Made by a program: the position numbers and the translations under genes
IMG/VR virus record: IMGVR_UViG_3300006120_000062
Coordinates: 1-30,742 of that record
From: a virus
Lineage: Duplodnaviria > Caudoviricetes
DNA length: 30,742 nucleotides
Reading direction: 5' to 3' (one strand)
The notes under the pieces: generated by a model
Told to the model about the DNA's origin: nothing
Databases searched by the model: none
What the model saw: only the letters and a program-made list of their open reading frames with translations
In this document: positions 16,494 to 26,123 of the stretch, piece after piece
Layout of the letters: every line of letters begins with the position of its first letter
Position numbering within the stretch: the stretch's first letter is position 1

Positions 16494-18124
16494 GTGATTC
16501 AAAAGCTGAAATGATTTCGGCCCTCAAGAAGGCTCGGCGGGATGCTGACTCATGGATTGCTTCGATCAATCCTGATCTTAAGTCAACGGTGGCGGCCCCG
16601 GTGACGGGATTGCCTGATCTTTACCTTCCCGGGAGTGGGATTTCGGTTTCGCAGTTTGCGCTCGAGCTGGCGCAGAAGCTGAAGGAAGCGCCGATCTTTG
16701 TCAGGGATGGCATCGTGCTTTACATCTCGACGGCGATGAAGCTTGAGACAATGACTCCGGAGTCCTTTTGCACGTGGATCGAGGATTATGTGCGGTTGAT
16801 CAAGATGTCAGGGGTGGGGGAGAAGCGTTTCCCTGAGACGGCCACGATGACGGCTGCCGGGGCGTCTTTGGTTCTGAACTCTCCGCAGTTCATCCGATCG
16901 CTGCGAGTGATCCGGCGCGTGAACCAGGTGCGCCAGCCGGTGATCCGTAAGTGTGGGAAGATGGAGCTCCTTCCGAAGGGATATGATGCGGAAGCGAGTA
17001 CCTGGACGATCGGTTCGGTGGATTTTGATGGGAATCTGTCGCTGGATGATGCTGTTTCTCTTTTGGAATCCGTGATCAAGGAATTCCCGTGGCCACGCGA
17101 GGAGACGCTGAAGGCTAAGTCGATTGCCATCACTTCGATGCTGGCGGTCTTTGGCGATATGTTGCTCGAGCCTGCTCACCAGCGGCCGGTGTGGATCTTT
17201 AACGCGAATCGTGAGGGATCCGGAAAGACAACGCTGATGCGTCTGGCTATCTGTCCTTCCTTTGGGTCCGCGGTCATTGGGCCGCCACCGAATGCAAACT
17301 CACCAGATGCCCTAAGTAAGTTGCTGGCTTCTGCTGCGCTAGGCGGGATGCCGTACCTGTGTTTTGATAATTGGTCGGGAGTTGTCGGGAACTCGGCATT
17401 GGAGGCATTCATTACTTCTTCGACGTACTCTGATCGTGTCCTGGGTGTTTCAAAGATGTTCTCCGTGGAGAAGCAGTGCATGGTGTTGATTACTGGAAAT
17501 CATGCCCGCGTTTCTCCTGATATGCGCCGTCGGTCGTTGATTGTTGATCTGGAGATGATCGAGGCCTGTGCCGAAGAGCGTGTCATTGACAATCCCATGG
17601 GGGAGCCGGAGATCCTTGCGATGCGTCCCAAGCTTCTTGCTGCTCTCTGGGCGATCATCCGTGAATGGAATGCTGCCGGGCGGCCTGAAGGTAAGGTACG
17701 GCATTCCAGTTTTCAGAAATGGGGTCACCTTTTCGGTGGTATTGCTGAATGTTTAGGAATTCCAAATCCTGTATCCGCTCCTGCCAAAGCTGCTGACGAT
17801 ACGCTTAGGGACTTCACCGCAATGGTGAATGAGGCGATCCAAGAGGCATTCGATGTTACAGGTCGTCACTTTACCTCTGCCGATCTGATGGAATATGCCA
17901 GGGAACGGGGATTGTTCTCCTGGGTGCTGGATCCTGAACCGGATGACTCGGCGCGTGACCATGCTTCGATCAAAAGGAAGGAACGATCATCCTTTGGTAA
18001 AATATGCTCGAGGTTCGATGGTTCGAGGTTTGGTGACATTGAGTTCAAGCGTGCCGGGGATGGACGCAGCGGTGCCAACCGTGCCGTTGCCCGGCAGTTT
18101 GTGATTCGTCGAGTTACCACATGA
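16490..18124 (+). CDS. Primase-associated P-loop helicase / replication initiator
   Basis: Walker A EGSGKT, Walker B LCFDN, ITGN, DMRRR arginine finger; AAGGAGGT upstream; followed by iterons. Confidence 0.8.
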   Translation: MSDSKAEMISALKKARRDADSWIASINPDLKSTVAAPVTGLPDLYLPGSGISVSQFALELAQKLKEAPIFVRDGIVLYISTAMKLETMTPESFCTWIEDYVRLIKMSGVGEKRFPETATMTAAGASLVLNSPQFIRSLRVIRRVNQVRQPVIRKCGKMELLPKGYDAEASTWTIGSVDFDGNLSLDDAVSLLESVIKEFPWPREETLKAKSIAITSMLAVFGDMLLEPAHQRPVWIFNANREGSGKTTLMRLAICPSFGSAVIGPPPNANSPDALSKLLASAALGGMPYLCFDNWSGVVGNSALEAFITSSTYSDRVLGVSKMFSVEKQCMVLITGNHARVSPDMRRRSLIVDLEMIEACAEERVIDNPMGEPEILAMRPKLLAALWAIIREWNAAGRPEGKVRHSSFQKWGHLFGGIAECLGIPNPVSAPAKAADDTLRDFTAMVNEAIQEAFDVTGRHFTSADLMEYARERGLFSWVLDPEPDDSARDHASIKRKERSSFGKICSRFDGSRFGDIEFKRAGDGRSGANRAVARQFVIRRVTT

Positions 18125-18126
18125 TG

Positions 18127-18382
18127 ACCATGTCCGCTTTGGATCCCACTCCCTTTCAGTCTGTTGCGTTAATTACGGACATGGTGGACATGGTCGCTCT
18201 TAGCTGGGCTTCTTTGGGATTAAAACTCTTCCTGCGGGTGCAGGCGGGCGTGTGCGCGCCTGCGAGGATACAGGTATACCATGTCCACCATGTCCGACCT
18301 TTTGCAAAAGGGAGTGTTTTCAATAGTTTACAAATGGACATGGTCAGAAACGTGACCATATCCGACCATGTCCACCATGTCC
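18127..18382. repeat. Iteron array, putative replication origin
   Basis: ACCATGTCC x9 in both orientations: + at 18127, 18278, 18287, 18355 (1 mismatch), 18365, 18374; - at 18177, 18186, 18336; GC hairpin at 18240-18264. Confidence 0.8.
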
Positions 18383-18542
18383 GAATATGGTATGCCCCCC
18401 GGTAAGGAATCTTTTTACGATTTGAATACCGTACAGCAGTGGCCGCTCGCGAGATTTTGATGAGCATTCGCTGGCGAAAGGTGACGAACCAATCTGTTCG
18501 CCTTATTCGCTCACCATTCGTTTGACACGAAATCGCATCGCT

Positions 18543-19133
18543 ATGGAACGAACACGTGCTTCGCGTACAGAATCCTCACTTATCGCCGAACTGGCATCGG
18601 CTTCCAACGTTTCGCTACGTGCCGTCCAACTATGGAGGAAAAAAGGGGATCCAAGGTGGACTGAATTTCTCCGGCGCCGAGCCCAGGAGAACCAGATCAG
18701 CTTCGCAGCCATCACTCCGGAAGGCGAACGTCTGACCCCGGATCAGGAGCTGGCCGTTGCAGAACGGAGATTTGCCGCGCTTTCTAGGATGTGCGATCAG
18801 CAACAGGCAAACGGCAATTGGTCCACCTTGGGCCAGATGACCAAACAATCCATAGAAGCATCCAAGCTGCTTCAGATTCTTCGTGAAAATCACAAGAAGA
18901 ACGGCGAGCTCGAGGGCCGGTACATCGATGTCGAAAAAGTCCGGTACTGGATTTTCCCTCACCTGACCATGATGAAGAACCGTCTTGAGATTTTGCCCGA
19001 AGCTATCGCGGCCCGAGTGCCTGGTGCTGATGTTGCCGGGATCGTGCGTGCCGAAGTTGATTCGATTCTTCGGGAATTGGCTTCCGCTGGTGAATGTGCT
19101 CCGTGGTCGTCAAAAACCATCAATCAGCAGTAA
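18543..19133 (+). CDS. terS: Terminase small subunit (Nu1-like)
   Basis: N-terminal HTH (IAELASASNVSLRAVQLWRKKG), helical C-terminus EGRYIDVEKV...LEILPEAIA; directly before TerL; ATG 18543 preferred over the TTG start. Confidence 0.8.
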   Translation: MERTRASRTESSLIAELASASNVSLRAVQLWRKKGDPRWTEFLRRRAQENQISFAAITPEGERLTPDQELAVAERRFAALSRMCDQQQANGNWSTLGQMTKQSIEASKLLQILRENHKKNGELEGRYIDVEKVRYWIFPHLTMMKNRLEILPEAIAARVPGADVAGIVRAEVDSILRELASAGECAPWSSKTINQQ

Positions 19134-19142
19134 GGCGGCGCC

Positions 19143-20870
19143 ATGACGATGCTCGAAACATTGGAAAAAGACCGGCAAGCGCTTTTTGCGCCCAGAATCC
19201 GCCCTAATCCGCTTGAATGGGCCGAACGCGAGATTGTCATTGATCCGAGGTTCTCCCCGCGTCCTGGGCGATTCTCGTGCGATTTTACCCCATACCTGAA
19301 ACAGCTGCACCTGTGGTTTGGCGATCGAAACATCCGGCAGCTTACTTTTGTGAAGTCAGCGCAGATCGGCGGCACCACCCTGATGGCAAATCTGATCCAA
19401 TACGCCGTTGCCGAAGAACCTGGTCCGATCCTTTATGTCACTTCCACGGCCGACAATGCAAAATCATGGAGCGAAAGGGAACTGCTTCCGAGGATGAAAG
19501 CTTGTGCTGCTATTCAAAAACTCATGCCTGACGACCCGGATGATTTGAAAAAATCAGAGTATGGATTCAAGAACTGCACGGTCAAACTGGTTGGTTCTAT
19601 GTCCGCAAACCAATTGGCTAGTAGGCCTATCCGGTATCTTTTCGCTGATGAATGTGACAAATGGCCCGACGCCACCGCCACCGAAGCGCCTTCCCTCGAG
19701 CTTGCCATGGCCCGAACAAATTTTTACCGGACCATTTGCAAGCGCGTCCTGGCATCGACTCCCACCGTCGAGACCGGTGCGATCTGGGCTCAGTTTCTCC
19801 AGGGCAGCCAGCACCGTTATCATGTCAGTTGTCCGGCCTGCGGGCATCTCCAGCATTTGCGTTTCGGGCAAATCACCTGGTCGCCCGATTTACGCGGCAT
19901 GGATGGCATTTGGGATCTCGATGCCGTGAGCGAATCAGCGGTCTATCTTTGCGAGCAGTGCGGCGATCCGTGGCATCAGGATCTCCAGCGGGAATTGGTG
20001 GCCGGAGGAACATGGGTCGCCGGTAATCTCCACGCGCCGTCCGATCACATCAGTTGCCATATCAGCGCCTTGTATTCACCGACCATGACCTGGGGGGAAC
20101 TGGCCAAGCTTTTCCTCCAAAAGTCCGGCACCCCGGGAGGGTTGCACGATTTCCGCAATACTTACGAAGGGCTACCGTTCGAAGCCCGCGCCGCAAATAT
20201 CAAAGACGACAGCCTCCTCGAGCTCCGTTCCGATTACCGGCAGCGACAGATTCCCGAGGCGACCATCCTCAATGGCGCGCCTCCTTTTCTGACCCTTGCA
20301 GCCGACCCGGGCGAAAAACGGACGCACTGGTCCGTCGAGGCCCGCACCGTCACCGGCGAAAGTTGGGTCATCGATTGGGGCGAAGTGGAGAACATCGAGG
20401 ATCTTTCCAGCGAGGCATTCCTAGCGGCACGCACGTATCAGTTGCCCGACGGGACAAGCGTGCAGCCGCGCACCGGATTGTGCGATTCGGGATTTTTGGC
20501 CGAACGGGTCTACACCATGTGCGCCCGATCGCAGGGACTCTGGTGGCCGAGCAAGGGAGGGGAGGGGAATTACAAATCTTTCGCCGCATCCGCGATGCCC
20601 GGCCTCGGAACGATCCTTTACACCTATTCCGATTTCATTTGGAAGACCCACCTCTACCTCGATCGCATCCAAAAACGCCTCCCGCCCTTGTTGCATTTCC
20701 CCATGGATGTCTCGCGGGATTTCATCGCCGGACATAGCGGCCAGGTGCTTTTGGAAAACCGATCCAGCCGCTCCAATCCCTGGACCTGGAAAAACATTCG
20801 ATCCGATCATTACGGCGACTGTACAAAGCTTCACTGCGTCGGATGGGCGATCGCCCGGGAATCCTTGTAA
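19143..20870 (+). CDS. terL: Terminase large subunit (lambda gpA family)
   Basis: TPY, KSAQIGGT, ADECDK, STP, CPAC...CEQC, RNase H-like AAD...CDSG. Confidence 0.95.
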   Translation: MTMLETLEKDRQALFAPRIRPNPLEWAEREIVIDPRFSPRPGRFSCDFTPYLKQLHLWFGDRNIRQLTFVKSAQIGGTTLMANLIQYAVAEEPGPILYVTSTADNAKSWSERELLPRMKACAAIQKLMPDDPDDLKKSEYGFKNCTVKLVGSMSANQLASRPIRYLFADECDKWPDATATEAPSLELAMARTNFYRTICKRVLASTPTVETGAIWAQFLQGSQHRYHVSCPACGHLQHLRFGQITWSPDLRGMDGIWDLDAVSESAVYLCEQCGDPWHQDLQRELVAGGTWVAGNLHAPSDHISCHISALYSPTMTWGELAKLFLQKSGTPGGLHDFRNTYEGLPFEARAANIKDDSLLELRSDYRQRQIPEATILNGAPPFLTLAADPGEKRTHWSVEARTVTGESWVIDWGEVENIEDLSSEAFLAARTYQLPDGTSVQPRTGLCDSGFLAERVYTMCARSQGLWWPSKGGEGNYKSFAASAMPGLGTILYTYSDFIWKTHLYLDRIQKRLPPLLHFPMDVSRDFIAGHSGQVLLENRSSRSNPWTWKNIRSDHYGDCTKLHCVGWAIARESL

Positions 20871-20897
20871 CCGCGATTTTGACAGGGGGTTGATTCC

Positions 20898-21218
20898 ATG
20901 GCCTCCACTGGTCCCTACAATCCTTTCAAATCTGCCGGAATCAAAAAATATCTCCGCCGCGTTTACACCCAGACGCAGTTGCAGACCTTGGCCGATTCCT
21001 TGGTGAGTCAGGCCCAGGAGGAAGTCGTCATCATCTCCACGGCAGCCGACGGTGGCAGCGCCTCGGGTGAGATCTCCATGCCTGCGGGGGAATTGTTGCT
21101 TGTAGTCGAGGAAATCCTCCAGGATCTCGGCGTCTATCCCGTCAATGCCGATGGATCGATCGTGGCGCGTCAGCTTTGCACCCGTCCGGATTTCAGCCGG
21201 ACATGGAGCACGACTTGA
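20898..21218 (+). CDS. Head completion / head-tail joining protein (gpW position)
   Basis: 106 aa ORF between TerL and portal, as in lambda; TTGACA box upstream. Confidence 0.6.
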   Translation: MASTGPYNPFKSAGIKKYLRRVYTQTQLQTLADSLVSQAQEEVVIISTAADGGSASGEISMPAGELLLVVEEILQDLGVYPVNADGSIVARQLCTRPDFSRTWSTT

Positions 21219-21257
21219 TTTTTTAACGTTTTCATTTTTTGACAGAGATCGGTTGTC

Positions 21258-22844
21258 ATGGCCGTAATCAAAAAATCAAATCACGGAGGCCGCCGCCAAG
21301 GAGCGGGCCGCCCACGGAAATCAACCGCAGAATCAACCGCCTCCACCGGAATGGCCTCCAAGGATGGCCAAAAAACCGATTTCGCCGCCTATGAGGGCGC
21401 ATGGAGATTTAATCCGCAACGCGCTTGGGTCTATACCCCCACCCTCGACGCCACCAAAGACCTGACCAGCGGATCCCGTGAGGAATTAATCCGCAAAGCA
21501 TGGTGGCTTACCAATAATACCATGGCCGGTGGAGCGATCGACAAGATCGCCCGCCTTGTCGGTCCCCTCATGCCGCAGGCCCGCACCAGCGATCAGGATT
21601 GGAACGAAATGGCCGAACACGCGTTCCTCGATGCCACGCACTGGGCCGAGGGGGTCGATGCCGCCGCCACCACGAATTTTTTCCAGACCCAGACACTGCT
21701 CGTGCGCCAGATGGCCATCGCAGGTGATGTCTTTTGGCAGCGCCTCACGGCTGGCAACGGCCGCGCGATGTACCGCCTCATCCCCGGGGAGAATGTCGGA
21801 TCGCGTGTCGGCGATGAGGCCGACGGGTTCCGCGACGGCGTCCTGATCAACAAGTTCGGCCGCGCTTTGAAATACCGCGTCCTTCGATCACCCGCTTCCC
21901 AGGACTACACCGATGTCTCGGCCAGCGACATGAACCATGTTCGCCGCGCCTATCGCATCGGCTATACCAGGGCCCCGTCCTGGTTGGCCCGCGCCGCAAA
22001 CCATTTGCAGGATCTCAGCGAATTCATCGGGTATGAGAAAATGAGCGCCAAGCTTGGAGCGTCCATGGCGTTTGTGATCGAGAGCCCCGAGGCCGGTCAA
22101 GTCGGATTCGGATCGCAGCTGGTGCGCGGTCAATCCACCAGTTCGACCAGCAATATCACCGTCGACGCCATGATGAACGGCTCGGTGATCCCGCAGCTCA
22201 AACCAGGGGAAAAGCTCGCCAGCTTTAACAATCTGCACCCGAGTCAGAACTTCGACAAATTCGTCGAATACTTGCAGCGGGACGTGGCCACCTCGTTGGG
22301 CGTGTCGCCCGAGTTTTTGTTCGACATGACTCCGGCCGGTGGCGCATCGGTGCGTTGGGTGCTTGAGGAAGCCAGTGTCTTCATCCGGGAAGTCCAACAC
22401 ATCATCAAGCATTCCTTTGCGCAGCCGTTTTGGAAATTCTGGATTTTTAGCGAGATCGAGGCGGGGCGCTTGCCGATGCCCAAGGACGAGCAATGGTGGA
22501 AATGCGAATTCACGCCACCGGCGGACCTGAGTGTTGATTTTTCCAAAGACGGCCGACTCATGAGCGATCTTCTGCTTCGAGGTCAATTATCGCCCCAACG
22601 GTATTACGCGCTTCAGGGACTCTCTGCCGACAAGCAAGAGGAGGACATTATCCGTTTTGCGGCGCGGCGGAAGAAACTTGTACAGAAGATCGCCCAGGAG
22701 GAAGGGGTCGATCTCAATGTTTCCGAAGTTTTCCCGCCTGCGCCCGGCACGCCGATCGGCATCGGATACACCTACGAGGGCGAACCCGGGGAGGAAGAGG
22801 AAAAATCCGAAGGGCATTTGACACCCGCAAAATCAAACAAATGA
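21258..22844 (+). CDS. Portal protein (lambda gpB family)
   Basis: R..AW.L..N; GDVF; RDGVLINKFGRALKY; LKPGEK; LGVSPEFL; position after TerL/gpW. Confidence 0.9.
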   Translation: MAVIKKSNHGGRRQGAGRPRKSTAESTASTGMASKDGQKTDFAAYEGAWRFNPQRAWVYTPTLDATKDLTSGSREELIRKAWWLTNNTMAGGAIDKIARLVGPLMPQARTSDQDWNEMAEHAFLDATHWAEGVDAAATTNFFQTQTLLVRQMAIAGDVFWQRLTAGNGRAMYRLIPGENVGSRVGDEADGFRDGVLINKFGRALKYRVLRSPASQDYTDVSASDMNHVRRAYRIGYTRAPSWLARAANHLQDLSEFIGYEKMSAKLGASMAFVIESPEAGQVGFGSQLVRGQSTSSTSNITVDAMMNGSVIPQLKPGEKLASFNNLHPSQNFDKFVEYLQRDVATSLGVSPEFLFDMTPAGGASVRWVLEEASVFIREVQHIIKHSFAQPFWKFWIFSEIEAGRLPMPKDEQWWKCEFTPPADLSVDFSKDGRLMSDLLLRGQLSPQRYYALQGLSADKQEEDIIRFAARRKKLVQKIAQEEGVDLNVSEVFPPAPGTPIGIGYTYEGEPGEEEEKSEGHLTPAKSNK

Positions 22845-24004
22845 GCAAGCTCACCCTTTTCGCCGTCGCCAATGGATCCAACGTGGATCATGAAAACGGC
22901 ATTCTTCGCGGGGCCAGCATTATTTCCAAGGGACCCGCCAAGGGTCACACCGTGCTGGGCGAACAACTCATGGTCGATGACAAAACACTCGACCAGGTCA
23001 ACGCCGAGGCTCAATCCTTTGCCGACGGCATCCCCGTCAACTTCGACCACGGCACCGGCATCAGCGATCTGGTCGGATCGATCCGCAATGTTTCCCGCTC
23101 CGGCGACAAGGTGCGCGGAGACCTGCACCTGCTCAAGAGCCATGAATCCTTTGATTCCATCATCGAAATGGCCGAAACCATGCCGAGCAACTTCGGATTG
23201 AGCATTTCGTTTCAGAACGACCCCGAACCCGTTTACGGCCATGACATTGCTACCGACGAGGATGAGGACGGTGACGGCCAGATGGATGTCGGCCCCTCCG
23301 GCACCATTATCGGCGAGGACAACGTGCCCGATGATCGAGTCACCGGCAACGACATCGTCGCCTATGCCGCCCGGATTGTTCCCGGACAACTTTACGGAGC
23401 CGACCTGGTGAAGAACCCGGCGACCAACATGGCGCTCTTCAGCGCCCAGGCCATTGAAGCCGAAATCATTATGAGCGAAAAAGCCATCACCGAGGAAGCC
23501 AAGAAGGTCGAAGAGGCCATCGTTGGGGAAATCAAGCACATTGCCGAGGAAATCGCCGAGGCCGTCGAAGGAGGCAAACAGGATCCTGAAGTTCCTGCCG
23601 CCGAGCCCGTCAAGGAAGAGTCTGCACCAATCACCCCCGCGCCGGTGGAAAACCTTGCCGCCATTCAGGCCGACGAGGTCGTGACCAAGCTTTCCGCCAT
23701 CAACACCCAGTTTGAAAGCACCCGCCTCAAGCTTGACGCCGCCCGCAACGAAATCACCGATCTCTCGGCCAAGATCGCGGCCAAGGATGCGGAGCTTTCC
23801 CACCTGAGGATCGTCCACTTGGCGGCCAAGCGTGCCCTGGGCCTTGCCCCTGCGGAAATCGTTCCGGAGCTCGAGGAAGCATCCGTCCCATCCCTTTTCG
23901 AACAGTACGAAGCACTTCCCAAGGGAAGCGCCGAGCGCATCAAGTTTTTCGAGGCCAACCGTGACCGCCTTTTCGAGGCCGTGAACGGGAAGTCGCGGAA
24001 GTAA
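22841..24004 (+). CDS. Prohead protease with C-terminal scaffold region
   Basis: NFDHG, FGLSISF, ADLVKNPATN protease-type motifs; acidic/coiled-coil C-terminal half. Confidence 0.8.
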   Translation: MSKLTLFAVANGSNVDHENGILRGASIISKGPAKGHTVLGEQLMVDDKTLDQVNAEAQSFADGIPVNFDHGTGISDLVGSIRNVSRSGDKVRGDLHLLKSHESFDSIIEMAETMPSNFGLSISFQNDPEPVYGHDIATDEDEDGDGQMDVGPSGTIIGEDNVPDDRVTGNDIVAYAARIVPGQLYGADLVKNPATNMALFSAQAIEAEIIMSEKAITEEAKKVEEAIVGEIKHIAEEIAEAVEGGKQDPEVPAAEPVKEESAPITPAPVENLAAIQADEVVTKLSAINTQFESTRLKLDAARNEITDLSAKIAAKDAELSHLRIVHLAAKRALGLAPAEIVPELEEASVPSLFEQYEALPKGSAERIKFFEANRDRLFEAVNGKSRK

Positions 24005-24028
24005 CACAACCAAACCAACACACCAGCC

Positions 24029-24955
24029 ATGTCCAACACATTCAGCAGTTCACTGGTTGTCGATACCGCGACATCCAGCGCCATCACGGTTCTCCAGAAC
24101 CGCCTCGCGCCCCTCAAGGCGTTCAACACCGATTTCTCATCGGACGTCGTTTCCGGAGCCGGTCTGAGAAAACTCCAGGTCGGAGTCGTAGCAACCGCCC
24201 CCGCAGCCACGGTTTCGCCCACGAGCTTCGCCGCTCAGGCAGACACCATGACCAACGCGGCCGTGACCATGGTCCACATTTCCAGCCAGTTCGGTCTCTC
24301 CAGCCAGCAGCTCAATCAAGGTTTCCGCCTTGAGAAGCTGATGAAAGCCCACCTTCGTTCTCTGGCAAACGCCGTGATCGATCAGGCGTTCGGTCAGCTC
24401 AGCACCACGGCCTACACCGTCAACTCCCTCAGCCCGATTGCCTATTCCAGCGCCATCAATACCGCAACCGGCGGTATCCTGGGCAACGACTTGATAACCA
24501 AGGGCCTTCCCGCCCTCTGGTCCTCACTCAAGGACGGCACCGAGCGCGCCGTGGTCCTCGATGGCAGCTACTACAGTTACCTCTTGCCACAGTCCGGATT
24601 CTCCCTTCAGGAGGATGAGAAGGGCGCCTACGGCTTCGACGGAGTGTATTACAACAACCGCTGGAACGCAGTTCTGGGCGGTTCCGACACCAACCTCAAC
24701 GGCACGACCCACACCATCAAGGGGTTTGCCGCAAGCCCCGAGGCCATGGCCTGCGCCGGAGCGATCCCATACGTGGATCCCGCCGTTGCTTCCCTGCTTC
24801 AGCTTTCTGAAGTCGTGCAGATCCCCGATCTCGGTCTGAACGTCCAGTTCAACGTTTGGGGTGACCTTGCCAGCCGCAGCATCCAGGCTTCCTTCGACGT
24901 GCTCTTTGGAGCCGCCGTGGCCGACGCTTCTGCGCTCAAGTTCATCGTCGCCTAA
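24029..24955 (+). CDS. Major capsid protein
   Basis: 308 aa after the protease; RLAPLKAFNTDFS; C-terminal FDVLFGAAVAD; strong C-ending codon bias; A/C-rich leader. Confidence 0.85.
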   Translation: MSNTFSSSLVVDTATSSAITVLQNRLAPLKAFNTDFSSDVVSGAGLRKLQVGVVATAPAATVSPTSFAAQADTMTNAAVTMVHISSQFGLSSQQLNQGFRLEKLMKAHLRSLANAVIDQAFGQLSTTAYTVNSLSPIAYSSAINTATGGILGNDLITKGLPALWSSLKDGTERAVVLDGSYYSYLLPQSGFSLQEDEKGAYGFDGVYYNNRWNAVLGGSDTNLNGTTHTIKGFAASPEAMACAGAIPYVDPAVASLLQLSEVVQIPDLGLNVQFNVWGDLASRSIQASFDVLFGAAVADASALKFIVA

Positions 24956-24977
24956 GTCCTGCGACTCTCTCGCACCC

Positions 24978-25010
24978 GGGCGCTCCTCGAAAGGGGAGCG
25001 CCCTTCTGCG
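24978..25010 (+). terminator. Stable GAAA-tetraloop hairpin after the capsid gene (terminator or mRNA-stabiliser)
   Basis: GGGCGCTCCTC-GAAA-GGGGAGCGCCC, 11-bp stem, weak U tract. Confidence 0.65.
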
Positions 25011-25032
25011 TCTTTGACACGTCTGGATCGTT

Positions 25033-25359
25033 ATGAATTCCGCTTCCATTGCCGCCTTTGCGACGCGGGCGGCCGGGGAAATTGCAAATTCCATCGGAAC
25101 GCAGATTTCCATCAACGGAAGCACCCCTTTTTACGCGCACGTCAGTTTGCCAAGTCCGGTCATGGATCTGGAAATGGGAGGATTCAAAACAACCCGCATG
25201 ATCAAGGCGCGTTGGCCTCTAACAAGCGCTTCGAGGCCTGCGGTCGGATCGGTGCTTTTGCTTGTTGCCGATAACGTTTCATTCCGAGTGGAGACCGCCA
25301 CTGCGTTGCCCGGCTCCCCGTTGTCGGCGGAAGTCCACGTCACGGCCGTCAAGGAATAA
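25033..25359 (+). CDS. Head-closure / head-tail connector protein
   Basis: 108 aa, beta-rich, RPAVGS motif, synteny with lambda FII. Confidence 0.6.
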   Translation: MNSASIAAFATRAAGEIANSIGTQISINGSTPFYAHVSLPSPVMDLEMGGFKTTRMIKARWPLTSASRPAVGSVLLLVADNVSFRVETATALPGSPLSAEVHVTAVKE

Positions 25360-25361
25360 CC

Positions 25362-25766
25362 ATGAATCCTCTCCTGGTCGAATCCGCAATGCAATCCGCC
25401 CTAGCGGTCTCGGCTTTTACCACCACGACCATTTATACCGGCACCGGATATCAGGAGCTCACGCCCGAATCGCTCAATCTGATCGTTGCGGTCACCGAGC
25501 TCGAGCACACCGTCGGATCGCTCTACAAAGCGCACGTCACCGTCAAGGTCAGCGCCCCGGCGCTTCTGGCCGCTTCGGAATTGTCATTGCTGACATCGGT
25601 GTTGGAAACCTTGAGGACCAGCGCGCTCACCGATGGGTATCTTTCCGCCCATTGGCCTTCTGGAACGCCAAATTATGCGGGGGTCTGGGTCGAACAAACC
25701 GCCATGAGCCAGCACGAACATGAATGGATCTGCGATATCAAGGTGCTGATCGGCGTTTCGGAATAA
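25362..25766 (+). CDS. Tail terminator-like protein
   Basis: 134 aa, acidic, directly before the tube genes. Confidence 0.55.
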   Translation: MNPLLVESAMQSALAVSAFTTTTIYTGTGYQELTPESLNLIVAVTELEHTVGSLYKAHVTVKVSAPALLAASELSLLTSVLETLRTSALTDGYLSAHWPSGTPNYAGVWVEQTAMSQHEHEWICDIKVLIGVSE

Positions 25767-25793
25767 CGTTTTTTTGACACGCAACACACCTCT

Positions 25794-26114
25794 ATGAGCG
25801 CAACCTTTGGCGTCGGAACTTCTCCGATCACCACTAACTACACGGGCAACGTGCAATCCATCACGGACACGACCACGGCAACGATCAAAACATACCGCGA
25901 TGAAAGCGGAAATACCGTGGCCGCTGATGCGGTTCCCATGAAAGAACGCAAGGTAAGCATCGAAGTGGTTGGTACCGCCACGTTTGGACTTATGGCGACA
26001 AGCTCCACTGGCGGACTTGCCGGGACATTGTATGTGACGGCCGTCAGCCAGGACGACACAAACGACGACTACCCAAAGACCAAGATCGAGGCAGTCGCCT
26101 ACACCGCATCCTAA
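25794..26114 (+). CDS. Putative tail tube protein, copy 1
   Basis: 106 aa, T-rich; KTYRDESG...LYVTAVSQDDTNDDYPK. Confidence 0.6.
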   Translation: MSATFGVGTSPITTNYTGNVQSITDTTTATIKTYRDESGNTVAADAVPMKERKVSIEVVGTATFGLMATSSTGGLAGTLYVTAVSQDDTNDDYPKTKIEAVAYTAS

Positions 26115-26123
26115 TTTTTCACC

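Noticed and set aside
18121-18467. ORFs 18121-18405 (+) and 18156-18467 (-), or a CRISPR-like array
   Set aside because: The ORFs are translations of the iterons (HVHHV, TWWTW); repeats are 9 bp, mixed in orientation and irregularly spaced, with no cas genes
18522-18542. TTG start for terS at 18522 given by the ORF track
   Set aside because: That TTG is the first half of the TTGACA box; ATG 18543 fits the shared geometry
22772-24013. 413-aa minus-strand ORF opposite the protease (and similar ones at 155, 1172, 3267, 25584, 29491)
   Set aside because: Antisense shadows expected from C-ending codon bias; no start signals or motifs
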